From Planctomycetota bacterium (GTDB lineage Bacteria; Planctomycetota; UBA1135; UBA2386), in assembly GCA_965228735.1 (NCBI GenBank), contig OZ245838.1, positions 5,024,001 through 5,088,000 of the forward strand: a DNA stretch of 64,000 nt, written 5' to 3'. The position numbers and the translations under genes are program-made. This document shows positions 12,576 to 23,209 of this stretch, piece by piece. How positions within the stretch are numbered: position 1 is the first letter of the stretch; every line of letters begins with the position of its first letter. The notes beneath the pieces were generated by a model. The model was not told the origin of the DNA, did not search any database, and saw nothing but the letters and a program-made list of their open reading frames with translations.

Positions 12576-12626
12576 CGGGGGGCCGGGCAACGTAGCCCCC
12601 GGGCCACGTCGCCGCGACCGTCGAGG

Positions 12627-15600
12627 TCAGCGCGGCGCGATGACGACCGTGATCGCCCGTTCGTTTCCGATCCCGCGGCTCTGGGTGAGCGTCCCGACCT
12701 TCGGGTGCTGCACGCGGAACTCCCAGCTGCCGGGACCGAGGCGGCCGAGGTCGAACGTGCCGGGGCCGGTGCGTTCGACGAGCAGCATCGCGGGCAGCCA
12801 CGGACCGTCACTGATCCGGGCCGAGATCGTCGCGCCCTCGAGCGGTTGGCCGGTTCGATCGACGGCCTGCACCGTCGTCCGCGCGCCGCTCGTGAGCACG
12901 AGCGAGAACTGCACGGAACGTTCGGGGTCGAGGCGCAGCAGATCACTCGCGCCCGGCGAAAGACCCGGGGCGCGCGCCACGATGCGACCTTCGCCGCGCG
13001 GCAGGCCGCCGAACCAGGCGCGGCCGTCGGGGTCCGTCGTCGCGAGACCGAACGCCCCGAGGGGGTGACCGTCCGCATCGACGCACAGCGCCGTCGCGCC
13101 GGCGACGGGCGCGCCGGCCTCGTCCGTGATCGTCACGACGGCGCCCGCCGCCGGTTGCGACTGCAGTTCGATCGCGCGCGTCGTGCGCCCTGCCGCGACC
13201 TCGATGTTGCGCTCGCTCGCGGCGCCGTCGCGTTCGCCGTTGCCGCCGAGCATCTCGGCCGTGACGACGCCGTAGCGGCCGTCGAGCAGGCCGGAGAACA
13301 CGAACTCACCTTCGGTGTTCGTCAGCGCCATGCCGATCGGATCGTCCCGTTCGGCGGCGTCCTCGTGGATCAGCCGCACGAGCGCCATCGCGAGCGGGTC
13401 GCCCGACTCGGCATCGACCACGCGACCGCGCAGCTCGCCGCCGGGAAGTTCGATCCGGGTGCTGTGCTCCTGCTTTCCGGCCGGGAACTCGAGGTCCTGC
13501 GGGGCGCCGATCTGCGCCATCGTCATGCCGCTGCGGATCTGCACGCGGTAGGGGCCGGGCTCGACGTTGCTGAGGATCGCGCGACCCTCGAACAGGATGC
13601 CGACGCGGATCGAGCTGCCGTCGACCCGCGTCGCCTCGACGATGCCGGTCGACAGCGGCGCGTCGCCGACCGCGACGCGCACCGTCCAACGCGTGCCCGT
13701 GATCAGGTCCGCGGCGTCGAGCTCGACCTCGGAGGTCTCGCCGGCGCGCACGCGGCAGCGCTCGGACACGACGTTGCTCGTGATCTGCTCCATCATCGCG
13801 CCGATGTCGACGCCCTTGCCGGGTTGGAAGTCGTTCATCGTGCCGGCCGAGCTGAAGATGCCGGCCGGCATCGCCTGCACGATCCACGTGCCGGGGTCGA
13901 GGTTGCGCATCTCGAACTTGCCGTCCGGCGCAAGGTCCGCCGTCACGGACAGCTGCGACCGCTGCTCCTGCGCGATGACGACGTAGTCGGCTGGTCGGCC
14001 GCCGGGTCCGACGAGCAGCTGCCCGTCGATCGCACCGCCGTGGCCGAGCGCGATGTCGAGCCCGTCGCGGACCTCGCCGGCCTCGAGCTCGACGCGTTCG
14101 CTGCGCGCGCTCGCGAAGCCATCCGCACTCGCCACGAGCTGGATGCGACCCGGCGGCAGCGCTGCGAGCCGGAAGCGACCGTCGGGGTCGGTGCGCGCCT
14201 GTTCGCCCGCACCCGCGAACATCGCGAGCACGGGGTTGTCCATCATCGGCCCCTTGCGCTTGCGCACGAGCGCGCCGCGCACCGGGTTGCCGATCTCGTC
14301 GCGCACGATGCCGGTGACCGTCGCGCCGCGGTGCAGTTCGATCGTCCCGAGATCGACGTCGCCCGTGCCGGTGACCTCGAGGCTCTTGCTGCGCTTGCTG
14401 AAGCCCGTCGCCGCGATCTCGGCCGTGAGACTGCCGGGCGGCAGCCCGGTGAGCCGGAACGTGCCGTCCTCCGACGTCACGTTCTCGATGCGCACCGGCG
14501 TCTTCATCACGAGGAACGACGTCCGCACGATGCGAACCTCGAACCGATCGACCGGCGTGCCGTCCGTCGCGGTCACGACCGTGCCCGTCACGGCGCTGAG
14601 CTGCGGCAGCGTGATCTCGACGAGGTCGTCGCCCATCTCGATGCCCGATACGTGACCCGCGGCGTAGTCGTCGTGCGCGGCCACGACCGTGAACTCGTTG
14701 TCGTCGTCGAGCCCCGTGAGTCGAAACGTGCCGTCCGCGGCGGTCGTGATCCGACTACTGCTGGCGATCGCGGCGAGCATCGTCGGACCGAGCTGCGTCG
14801 TGAGGTCGCCGATCACGGGGATCTCGGCCATCGGCTGATGCGCGACGTGCGCGCCCTCGATGGGCTCGCCCCGTTCGTTGCGCACGATGCCGGTCACGAC
14901 ACCGCCTTCCCCGAGCGTGAGTTCGACCACGTTCTCTGCCGGCGCTGCGCGCAGCATGCGCGTCTCCGACGCGCCGAGATACCCGCTCGCGCTCACCTCG
15001 ATCTCGACCTGCCCGGGCACGAGACTGTCGATCGTGCAGCGACCGTCCGCATCGGTGTCCTCGTGACGCGCGTGGATCTGCGGGATCATCGAACTCTTCG
15101 CCGCGGCCGGCGTCACGAGCACGGTCACATCCTCGATCGGCTGATCCGCGGGGTCGCGCACCGTGACGTCGAGCAGCGCGGCGGCGCGCACGCTGAGTGC
15201 GACCTCGCGAGTCTCACCCGGCACGAGCGGCGCCTGGTCGATGCGGCCGTAGGTGCCGCTGCCGCGAACGGTGAGTCCGATCGGCGCGCCCGGCACGACG
15301 CCGCGGAAGACGAACCCGTTCTCGGGCGTCGGCGTCGCGCGGCGGCGGTTGCTGGCGAGCGCGCCGAAGAACAGCCGTGGATCGCGCATCACCGACATCG
15401 GGTCGGGTTCGAGCGACAGCCGCACGGTCTCGACGGCGTCCGCGCGCTCGCCGAACAGGCGGCCGCGGATGCACGCGCCGAGCGCCGGCGCGAGCACGAC
15501 GTGCGCGGGATCGTCGACCTCGGCGTGCACGATCTCGGGCGTCGGCAGCAGGTAGAAGTCGTGTTCGAGCATCAGCCGCAGGTGCGGCTCGGGCGCGTGC

Positions 15601-16043
15601 AGTTCGAAGTGCCCGCTCGAGTCGACGGGCGCGCGCGCGATCGGGTCGCCCTTCACGATGAACGCGGGCGGCGCGCCGCCGTTCCGCCGATCCATCGAGG
15701 GCATCATCATCCCGGCCGAGTCGCTCGCCGAGCCGCGGTAGGCCAGCACGTGCGCGTCGGACAGATCGGGGCGCGCCGGGTCCGCGAGCACGAGGCCCTC
15801 GACGACGTAGTCGGGGCCGTCGACCGTCGGCTCCGCCGCGACGCGATCGACGCCGCTCCCGCTCGCGTTCACGGCGCCGGCTGCCGGCGTCGCGACACCG
15901 CCAGAACCGGCGCTGACATCGTGGCTTGGGTTCTGCTGGTTCGGACCGTCGGCGGGTGCCGGAGCACCGTCCTGGAAGTACAGCCAGAGACCGATCGCCG
16001 TGGCCAGCACGACGACGAGCCCCAGCGCGAGGGAGCGTGGCAT
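12627..16043 (-). CDS. Membrane-anchored carboxypeptidase-regulatory-like repeat protein
   Basis: N-terminal TM helix (MPRSLALGLVVV...), then many GxVxDxxGxP...TDxDGxF repeats. Confidence 0.85.
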   Translation of the reverse strand: MPRSLALGLVVVLATAIGLWLYFQDGAPAPADGPNQQNPSHDVSAGSGGVATPAAGAVNASGSGVDRVAAEPTVDGPDYVVEGLVLADPARPDLSDAHVLAYRGSASDSAGMMMPSMDRRNGGAPPAFIVKGDPIARAPVDSSGHFELHAPEPHLRLMLEHDFYLLPTPEIVHAEVDDPAHVVLAPALGACIRGRLFGERADAVETVRLSLEPDPMSVMRDPRLFFGALASNRRRATPTPENGFVFRGVVPGAPIGLTVRGSGTYGRIDQAPLVPGETREVALSVRAAALLDVTVRDPADQPIEDVTVLVTPAAAKSSMIPQIHARHEDTDADGRCTIDSLVPGQVEIEVSASGYLGASETRMLRAAPAENVVELTLGEGGVVTGIVRNERGEPIEGAHVAHQPMAEIPVIGDLTTQLGPTMLAAIASSSRITTAADGTFRLTGLDDDNEFTVVAAHDDYAAGHVSGIEMGDDLVEITLPQLSAVTGTVVTATDGTPVDRFEVRIVRTSFLVMKTPVRIENVTSEDGTFRLTGLPPGSLTAEIAATGFSKRSKSLEVTGTGDVDLGTIELHRGATVTGIVRDEIGNPVRGALVRKRKGPMMDNPVLAMFAGAGEQARTDPDGRFRLAALPPGRIQLVASADGFASARSERVELEAGEVRDGLDIALGHGGAIDGQLLVGPGGRPADYVVIAQEQRSQLSVTADLAPDGKFEMRNLDPGTWIVQAMPAGIFSSAGTMNDFQPGKGVDIGAMMEQITSNVVSERCRVRAGETSEVELDAADLITGTRWTVRVAVGDAPLSTGIVEATRVDGSSIRVGILFEGRAILSNVEPGPYRVQIRSGMTMAQIGAPQDLEFPAGKQEHSTRIELPGGELRGRVVDAESGDPLAMALVRLIHEDAAERDDPIGMALTNTEGEFVFSGLLDGRYGVVTAEMLGGNGERDGAASERNIEVAAGRTTRAIELQSQPAAGAVVTITDEAGAPVAGATALCVDADGHPLGAFGLATTDPDGRAWFGGLPRGEGRIVARAPGLSPGASDLLRLDPERSVQFSLVLTSGARTTVQAVDRTGQPLEGATISARISDGPWLPAMLLVERTGPGTFDLGRLGPGSWEFRVQHPKVGTLTQSRGIGNERAITVVIAPR

Positions 16044-16155
16044 GCTCGGTGGTGGCCGAACCGGCGCGCGGATCGTCGTACGGAGTTGGGCGCATTTGCC
16101 GCGATCTCGACAATCGTGCAACGCCGTGGCCGGCGCGGCACAGAAGGCCTGGACC

Positions 16156-19100
16156 ATGACCCGCGAACGCGAGAACCGCCTGTTCGAACGCTTCCGTCGG
16201 CGCGACGACGCGCGGGCGCTGGGCCGATTGTTCGACCTCACGGCGCGTGAGCTCTACCGCGTCGCGAGTCACCTCGTGCGCGATCGGCAGGAGGCGGAGG
16301 ACCTCGTGCAGACGACGTTCCTCGTCGCGATCGAGAGTCGCGCGTCGTTCCACGGGGACGCCGATGTGTTGCCGTGGCTGCTCGGCATTCTGGCGAACCG
16401 CGCGCGTGACCTGCGGAAGCGGGCGAGTCGGCGGCAGGCGCGACCGCTGTCGTCGATCGTCGACGAATCCGCGTCGCAGCCCGAAGACGAGAACGCGACC
16501 GACCCGGTTGCGCGCGCCGCGGACGGCGAGCTCGCCGCCGCGACGAAGGTCGCGGTTCGTTCGATGCCCGAACCGTACCGCCACGTGCTCCTGCTCCATC
16601 TCGAGCACGGCCTGTCGGGCCAGGAGATCGGCGAAGCGCACGACCGGCAGCCCGCGACCGTGCGCAGTCAGATCCACCGCGGCCTCGAGATGCTGCGGCG
16701 CGTGTTGCCGCGCGGGTTCGGGGCGGCGGGTGCGGGCGTGTTCGTCGGGGCCGCGTTGGGGCGGACGGCGAAGGCGGAGATGAAGCGGCGCGTGCTCTCG
16801 GCAGCGCGGTCGCACGTGCCGGTCGCCGCCGGCGTGACGGGAGTGGTGCTGGCCATGAAGAAGACGATTGCGCTGATCGCGGTTGCCGCAGTGGTGGCGG
16901 TCGCGGTCGTTCTCGAACCGTGGGCCGATCGTGCGGCCGGAGTCGTCGAGTCGCCGGGTGCGGCGAACGTGCAGGCCGCGACGGTCGACGATCGTGTGGA
17001 GCCGGCGGACGACACGGGGGTAGTCGCCGCGCCGCGGGTGACGCCGAAGCGTGAGTCCGTCGCGATCGATGGTGCCGGGGCGCCGTCGACGCTCCGCGTG
17101 CGCGTGAGCTGGAGCGACAACGAACCTGCCAACGCCGTGACCGTGCGGATGCGCGCTGCCGGCCCCGACGGTCAGCGGGCCGAACGGCGGGCGGTGACCG
17201 ACGCGCTCGGAGTTGCCGAGTTCGTTGCGGTGTCGCCCGGTGAGTACGTCGTGAGCGGGGATCGCGGCGGCAGCGCCGCGGTCGAAGTGCTCGCGCAGAG
17301 CGAGGCCAATGCGGAGCTCGTGATCCCGGAAGGAGTCGACGTTCGCGGCATCGTGAAGGATGCGGATCGTGTTCCGGTTGCAGGTGCGAGCATCTGGCTG
17401 TCGCCGACGGTCGATTCCCTTTCGGACGGGATTCGCGGCCTCGCAGTGACGGCGGCCGATGGGCGGTTCGAAGTGCGCGATGTCGAACGGGCGCGGCTGA
17501 TCTCGGCCACGAAGGAAGGTGAGGGAGCGGCAGTTGCGCAGCGCGTCGGTGGGGTGGTTGGCGGCGTGGTCGAGCTCGAGTTCGAGCTCCTTGGCGCCGG
17601 ACCCGGTGTGCTCGAGGGTGTCGTGCTCGACCCCGCTGGCAACCCGTTGCCGTGGGCGCTCGTGCAGTACGGCTACGACCACCCGAGCCGCCGTTCGCCG
17701 GAGCCACGCTCCACACCGGTGAACGACACCAGGACCGACGCGGACGGGCGCTTCCGCCTCGCCGGGCTGATGGCTGGACCGCCCGGTGCGCACGTGTTCG
17801 TCATGGGCGAAGGCGCGGCGGTGTGGCTCGACCGGGTGCCGATTCCGGCCTCGCGCGGTCGCCGGTTCATCACCATTCGACTGCAGCGCGGCGCGACGTT
17901 GCGAGGAACCGCGCGACGGATGGACGGGGAACCGGTTCCGGCGACGGTCCGCGTCTACTGGGACGATATCGAACCACGTGAAGGTTACACGTACAACGGA
18001 CCGACCTGGGCACGGTCGGAGGGTGTTGCGGTGGCAGACGGCAGCTTCGAAATCCGCAACCTGCGGCCCGGTCCGGCATTGATCCGCGCGGAGCGAAAGG
18101 AGGATGAACTCGCGATCGAGCAGATGGAGTTCGTTGCTGGAGAGGTTCGGCGCTGGGACCCACGACTCGGTTCGGGCCTCACGATCTCGGGTCGCGTGGT
18201 CGACGAAGAAGGGCGCGGTCTCCCTGACTACCTGGTGTCCGCAAGTGCAGCGAAAGCTGTAACGCGGGTACTGCCGAGCAGGACGAACGCAGCGGGTGAG
18301 TTCACGATCGAGCGCGTGTTCGCGGTTGACTACTCACTGCGCGCTAACGACAGCCGAGGCGGGATGAACGCCTTTGGTGTCGAGGCGGTCGCCAGGCCGG
18401 GGAAACCGATTCGTCTGGTCGTCCCGGCGGAGAGGATCGCAAATGCCAGGATCACGGGTCGGGTGCTCGGGCCCGATGGTCAGCCCGTGTCGAGTCTGAG
18501 CGTGACGGTGTCGCGACTCGGGAGGGACGGCAGGGTCGACACGAGTTCCATGCGCGCGAAAGCCGAGGCGAGGTTTCGATCCAAGCTGCTCTGGCCGGGC
18601 ACATATCGGGTCGACGCCTACTCCAAGGAGCATGGTCATCTCGATCTTGGACTGCACGACGTTGCGCCGAGCGAGGAGATCGACGTCGGTACGGGGCAAT
18701 ACGAACGACCAGGGGAACTCATCGTACGAGTTGTCGATGCCGACGGAGTCGCGATACGCGATGGCGTCGTGATTTATCGACGAGAAGGCCGAGGCTCGAC
18801 ACGCGGGCTGGTTCTCAGTTCCGGGGAGGCCCGAATGCGGGCGCAGCCAGGACGGGTTCGCGTCTCGACTCGCGGATTCCGCCTGACAGCGGCCTCCGTT
18901 GCCGTTGATGTACCTGCCGGTGGTCGAGGCATCGCACAGTTGGTCGTGCCACACGGATTCGAACGACGCGTGCAGTATCCGGCCGTACTGCACAAGAGCA
19001 CCGAACTGATCGTCGTGCTCCGCGACCAAAGCGGCAGGACTGTCAACATCGGCGGTGGACGATGGGACAACGTGGGGGAAGCGATGACGATGACCCGTCG

Positions 19101-19224
19101 TTTCGCCCCCGGCCGCTACACCCTGACGCTCGAAGTCCCCGACGGCCGCAGCAGCTCCGTCGACTTCACCGTCGACGCCGTTCCCGATCCCGACGCGTTG
19201 ATCGTGCTGCCGTCACCGTGGTAG
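16156..19224 (+). CDS. ECF sigma-70 factor fused to a TM helix and carboxypeptidase-regulatory-like repeats
   Basis: AEDLVQTTF, WLLGILANRAR, TVRSQIHRG, TM helix after MKK, repeat units. Close paralogue of 7862-11218 in the sigma region. Confidence 0.9.
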   Translation: MTRERENRLFERFRRRDDARALGRLFDLTARELYRVASHLVRDRQEAEDLVQTTFLVAIESRASFHGDADVLPWLLGILANRARDLRKRASRRQARPLSSIVDESASQPEDENATDPVARAADGELAAATKVAVRSMPEPYRHVLLLHLEHGLSGQEIGEAHDRQPATVRSQIHRGLEMLRRVLPRGFGAAGAGVFVGAALGRTAKAEMKRRVLSAARSHVPVAAGVTGVVLAMKKTIALIAVAAVVAVAVVLEPWADRAAGVVESPGAANVQAATVDDRVEPADDTGVVAAPRVTPKRESVAIDGAGAPSTLRVRVSWSDNEPANAVTVRMRAAGPDGQRAERRAVTDALGVAEFVAVSPGEYVVSGDRGGSAAVEVLAQSEANAELVIPEGVDVRGIVKDADRVPVAGASIWLSPTVDSLSDGIRGLAVTAADGRFEVRDVERARLISATKEGEGAAVAQRVGGVVGGVVELEFELLGAGPGVLEGVVLDPAGNPLPWALVQYGYDHPSRRSPEPRSTPVNDTRTDADGRFRLAGLMAGPPGAHVFVMGEGAAVWLDRVPIPASRGRRFITIRLQRGATLRGTARRMDGEPVPATVRVYWDDIEPREGYTYNGPTWARSEGVAVADGSFEIRNLRPGPALIRAERKEDELAIEQMEFVAGEVRRWDPRLGSGLTISGRVVDEEGRGLPDYLVSASAAKAVTRVLPSRTNAAGEFTIERVFAVDYSLRANDSRGGMNAFGVEAVARPGKPIRLVVPAERIANARITGRVLGPDGQPVSSLSVTVSRLGRDGRVDTSSMRAKAEARFRSKLLWPGTYRVDAYSKEHGHLDLGLHDVAPSEEIDVGTGQYERPGELIVRVVDADGVAIRDGVVIYRREGRGSTRGLVLSSGEARMRAQPGRVRVSTRGFRLTAASVAVDVPAGGRGIAQLVVPHGFERRVQYPAVLHKSTELIVVLRDQSGRTVNIGGGRWDNVGEAMTMTRRFAPGRYTLTLEVPDGRSSSVDFTVDAVPDPDALIVLPSPW

Positions 19225-19256
19225 GGCCGCGCCGCGGGATACGCGGCCGCACGGCG

Positions 19257-20189
19257 TCAGTTCGCGACGACCATGTAGGCCTCGCTCGTGATGATGCTGC
19301 CGCTGGCCAGCGTCGCGGCCTGGGTCCACAGTCGTAGCGGCCGGACCGCGGCCGGGACCGCGATCGTCTGGTGCCCGCTGGCCGCGAGCGTCACGATGTC
19401 CAGGCGCGGCAGCGCGAGGCACGGTCCCGCCGGCCCGATGCCGACGACCGTGGACTGCGCCTGCAGCCCGAAGGCCACCGCGAGGATCGGAAACGACTGA
19501 CCGAACGCAACGGGGGAGTAGTCGAGGTCGCCGTCGAACCGCGGTCGCAGTTCGTAGTCCAACAGATGCGGCACGCAGCTGTCGAGCATCTTGGTCTCGG
19601 TCATGGTGTCGGGGGTGACCTCGAAGCGGAGACTCGCCAAGAACGTGCCCGGCACGGTGAGCGCAGCGCCGACGCGGAGTCGCACGAAGACGGGCGTCGG
19701 GCCGACGGCGAGCAGCGGCAGAGTCATCGAGGATCCGTTCTGCTCGGTGAACTCGAACGCCCCGTCGTCGTGGACGTCGACGCCGATCGCCGGGATCGCC
19801 GTGCCGTTTGGCGCCACCAGCTCGAACTCGATGCGCGGTCGAACGGCCATCGTGACGGGCAGCGTCATCGTCAACCTGTAGTCGGCCGGCGTGACCGTGG
19901 CCTGGCCACCCGCTGGCGCGACGCACGCCATGTTCACCTGGCAGCCGACCTCGCCGGAGTTGGCGTAGCCGTAGCTCACGAGCGTCGCGGTCGCGGCCGG
20001 TGCGTTCGTGGTCGAGACGCTCAGGTCGTTCCACAGCGGGAGCGGCCCGGCGGGCACCGTGAGGGTCTGGGTCTGGGTGCCGGCCGTCGCCGTGACGGTC
20101 AGCGGCGTGATCGCGGCGACGACTGCCGACTGGGCGGTGACGGCGCTGCCCGTGACGGCGAGCGCCACGAGGGCGGAGACTTGCTTCAT
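19257..20189 (-). CDS. Secreted hypothetical protein with a lineage-type C-terminal domain
   Basis: Signal peptide ending AVTAQ. C-terminus IAVPAAVRPLRLWTQAATL...ITSEAY. Confidence 0.75.
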   Translation of the reverse strand: MKQVSALVALAVTGSAVTAQSAVVAAITPLTVTATAGTQTQTLTVPAGPLPLWNDLSVSTTNAPAATATLVSYGYANSGEVGCQVNMACVAPAGGQATVTPADYRLTMTLPVTMAVRPRIEFELVAPNGTAIPAIGVDVHDDGAFEFTEQNGSSMTLPLLAVGPTPVFVRLRVGAALTVPGTFLASLRFEVTPDTMTETKMLDSCVPHLLDYELRPRFDGDLDYSPVAFGQSFPILAVAFGLQAQSTVVGIGPAGPCLALPRLDIVTLAASGHQTIAVPAAVRPLRLWTQAATLASGSIITSEAYMVVAN

Positions 20190-20289
20190 ACGTGGTTCCT
20201 CGCGGAGCACGGGAGCGACGACGTGTTCCGGCGGTTGGCATAATCCCGGCGAACCAGCGGGTAACAGGATCGCCGCGCGCCGTTAGTGA

Positions 20290-21273
20290 CTATGCCGAAC
20301 GCGTCGTCGTCGACCCGGGCCGCGGCGGCGCCGCGGCCGGCCGCCTGAACAGCCGCGCGTTGCCGACCAGGCCGACGACGATGAGCGCCATGCCCGCCGC
20401 ACTCCAGCCGTTGGGGAACGCGCCGAACACCACCGCCCCGACCACCGTCGCGAGCGCGATCTGCAGATACCCGACGGTCATCGCGCGGCCGGCGGGCGCG
20501 CGCGACAGGCCCTTCGTCAGCGCCAGTTGCCCGAGCTGCGTCACGATGCCGATCGCGACGAGCAGCCCCCATTCGAAGCCGGTCGGCCAGACCCACTGGT
20601 GGATGGCGAACGGCGCGGACATCGTCACCGTGACGACCGGGAAGAAGAAGACGACGCGCAGCGGGTGCACGTTCTGCCCGAGCTTGCGCACCGACACGTA
20701 GGCGAACGCGGAGAGGAACGAGCCGAGCAGGCCGATGCCGACGAAGCGCCAGTCGAGCGCCGCGGAGCCGCTGGGATCACCGCCAGCAACATCTTCTGGA
20801 TGGCCGCCGCCGAACAGCTGCTGCGGCTGCGCGATGAGCACGACGCCGGTGAGGCAGACGACGGTCGCGACGAGCACCGTGCCCTCGAGTCGTTCCTTGA
20901 GGAACCACGCGGCGACGAGCGCGGTGAAGAGCGGCGACGTCTGGTGGATTACCGTCGCCTCGGCGAGCGGCAGTCCGTCCACGGCGGCGTAGAAGCAGAC
21001 GAGCGCGGTGGAGCCGAAAATGCCCCGCAGGAGCAACAGCCCGGTGCGGTCGCCGAACGGCGAGATGCCCGCGCACCAGAGCATCAGCACGCTGAGCGTC
21101 AGCGTCACGACGCCGCGCGCGAACACGAGCATCATGACCGGCAGGTTCACGCCCGCCAGCTTGACGAACAGCGACATGGCCGTGAACCAGATCACGGCCT
21201 GGACCATGTCGCCCAGGCCGGATGGTTGCCGTCCGACGGACGGCGGGGTCCGGGCGTCGCTATCGGCTGGCAA
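20290..21273 (-). CDS. DMT/EamA family transporter
   Basis: About 10 hydrophobic helices; LPLAEAT...SPLF...FLKE EamA signature. Start may be downstream (MVQAVIW). Confidence 0.88.
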   Translation of the reverse strand: MPADSDARTPPSVGRQPSGLGDMVQAVIWFTAMSLFVKLAGVNLPVMMLVFARGVVTLTLSVLMLWCAGISPFGDRTGLLLLRGIFGSTALVCFYAAVDGLPLAEATVIHQTSPLFTALVAAWFLKERLEGTVLVATVVCLTGVVLIAQPQQLFGGGHPEDVAGGDPSGSAALDWRFVGIGLLGSFLSAFAYVSVRKLGQNVHPLRVVFFFPVVTVTMSAPFAIHQWVWPTGFEWGLLVAIGIVTQLGQLALTKGLSRAPAGRAMTVGYLQIALATVVGAVVFGAFPNGWSAAGMALIVVGLVGNARLFRRPAAAPPRPGSTTTRSA

Positions 21274-21300
21274 CGGACTCCTGCCTCGGGCGCATGTCGC

Positions 21301-21885
21301 TCAGTTCTCGACTTCCTTGCAGTCGAGGTTGCTGAACGTCCACGCTCCGTTCGTGCCGACGAGCGCCTGGCTCGACACCGTGACGCCGAGATACTGCGGC
21401 AGCGTCGGCATCGTGAAGTTGAAGCGGAACTGGTTCTGGTTCGTCGCGATGCCCGAGCGGAACGACACCGGTGTCTGGCCGAGCAGGTAGGTGCCGGCGT
21501 TGCCGAACGGCGTGTAGCCGGTGTTCCAGACGAAGTCGATGAACACGAAGCAGAACGAGCCGTTCGGCGCGTTGACCTCCCACGAGTTGGACTCGCCGAA
21601 CTCGAGGTTGCCCATGTCCATGATCTTCGTGGCCGGAGCGATCTGGTCGACGCGCAGGATCGGGTTGGCGGCCGTGCCGATGTTGACGACCTCCATCACC
21701 GCTTCGTTGTTGGTCCAATTGTTGAGGTTGATGGTGTTGCTCACCATCGGGATGTTGGTGCAGTCCAGGAAGAACTGGTTCTGCGTGCCCTGCACGTCCT
21801 CGACGCCGCCGCGGAGCGTCTGGGTCTGAGCGGGGAGCACTGCTGCCGCAGCGGCGATCAGGAGAAGGGTCTTGGAGAGGTTCAT
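21301..21885 (-). CDS. Secreted hypothetical protein with a lineage-type C-terminal domain
   Basis: Signal peptide ending VLPAQ. C-terminus FTMPTLPQYLGVTVSSQALV...FSN. Confidence 0.8.
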   Translation of the reverse strand: MNLSKTLLLIAAAAAVLPAQTQTLRGGVEDVQGTQNQFFLDCTNIPMVSNTINLNNWTNNEAVMEVVNIGTAANPILRVDQIAPATKIMDMGNLEFGESNSWEVNAPNGSFCFVFIDFVWNTGYTPFGNAGTYLLGQTPVSFRSGIATNQNQFRFNFTMPTLPQYLGVTVSSQALVGTNGAWTFSNLDCKEVEN

Positions 21886-22066
21886 GGTCAGGTCTCGCGT
21901 GTTCTTGGTGGATTGAGTTGGTTTCGAACACGCGAGACGGGGCAACGACCGTGCCAGGCCGCGAAAACGGGCGGCCGTGCGGAATCCGGGCGATCGCGGC
22001 CCGTCGCCGTCCGGATCGTGAACACGCCCGGGTGGCTGGCGCCACCGCGCCGGGGATTGAGGGCGC

Positions 22067-23113
22067 TCAGTCCGCCGACGCGAGCGACTGATCGAGCATG
22101 TCGCTGTAGCGCTTCTCGCCGCGGCCCTTGCCGCTGTCCTTGTGGTAGCAGTAGCCCGCGATCAGCGGCAGGATCGTCGTGGCCTCGCCGTAGACCATCT
22201 GTTCGAAGCTCGTCGAGACCTTGCCCCACGAGCTCGCCTCCTTGAGCGTCGAGCCCGACAGCGCGCCGTCGCGTTCGTCGGCGACGGTGATCTGGATCGC
22301 GTATTTGTGCATCGAGGCCTCTTCGCCAAGGATGTCCGCCGCGACGACGATGTCCTGTGCGAAGTTCTTCGGCACGCCGCCGCCGATCATGAACAGGCCC
22401 GTATCGGCGGCCGCCATCTTGATGCGCGTGAGCTCGAGGAAGTCCTTCGCGGAGTCGATGCTCAGCGTCGGCTTGCCGACGAGGCCGTTCTTGTACTGGT
22501 GCTCGACGAGGCCGAAGCCCGCGCTGCAGTCGCTGAACGCCGGGCAGAAGATCGGCACGGCCTTCTCGTAGGCGCGCAGCACGATCGACTCCTTGGTCTT
22601 GCCGTGGTCCTGCAGGTGCTTGCCCATCGCGGCGATGAACTCGCGTGAGCTGTGCGGCCGGGCTTCCAGCGAATCGGCGATCTGCTTGCACGTGTCGTCC
22701 GTGATGCGCAGCTCGTCCTCGTCGATGTAGGTGTCGTAGATGCGATCGATCGACAGATCACGCAGCGCGTTGTCGTCGATGAACGGCGTGCCCTGCCAAT
22801 GGCTGAAGCCGAGGCCCTCGAAGAAGTCCTGGTCGACGATGTTGGCGCCCGTCGACACGATCGCGTCGACCATGTCGCGCTCGAGCATCTGCAGGATGAC
22901 CTTCTTGAGTCCGGCCGACACGAGCGAGCCCGCCAGGCACAGGACCACGGCGCAGTCCTTCTCCTGCAGCATCATCTCGTAGATGCGCGCGGCACGAGCC
23001 GTGTTGCGGGCTTGGAACGCCATCTTCTCCATCGCGTCCACGAGCGGGACGGGGTTGAACGTGTCCAGGGAGAGGTGTTCGACCTTGGTCTTGAGGAGGT
23101 CCTGCTTGTTCAT
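22067..23113 (-). CDS. Deoxyhypusine synthase-like protein (bacterial DHS/homospermidine-synthase-like)
   Basis: STGAN, RIYD, PAFSDCS, IGGGVPKNF, DGALSGSTLKEASSWGK (catalytic-Lys motif retained). Confidence 0.92.
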   Translation of the reverse strand: MNKQDLLKTKVEHLSLDTFNPVPLVDAMEKMAFQARNTARAARIYEMMLQEKDCAVVLCLAGSLVSAGLKKVILQMLERDMVDAIVSTGANIVDQDFFEGLGFSHWQGTPFIDDNALRDLSIDRIYDTYIDEDELRITDDTCKQIADSLEARPHSSREFIAAMGKHLQDHGKTKESIVLRAYEKAVPIFCPAFSDCSAGFGLVEHQYKNGLVGKPTLSIDSAKDFLELTRIKMAAADTGLFMIGGGVPKNFAQDIVVAADILGEEASMHKYAIQITVADERDGALSGSTLKEASSWGKVSTSFEQMVYGEATTILPLIAGYCYHKDSGKGRGEKRYSDMLDQSLASAD

Positions 23114-23209
23114 TCGAATGCACTCCGGAGCCACCTTGGAAGGGCCCCGGAACGGGGCGGGTGGCGGATCGGGGCGACCATCGTAGCGGCCTCGGAGCCG
23201 CGATTCTCG

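Noticed and set aside
11994..16250. Very long alternative-frame ORFs (e.g. 11994-16250 +, 7757-10522 -, 53078-56203 -, 41727-44102 -)
   Set aside because: Shadow ORFs of real genes in high-GC DNA: Arg/Ala-rich with no recognisable motifs.
16409..16436. M1-like sequence ACCTGCGGAAGCGGGCGAGTCGGCGGCA outside the element
   Set aside because: Lies within ECF coding sequence and the right arm is poor; likely chance.
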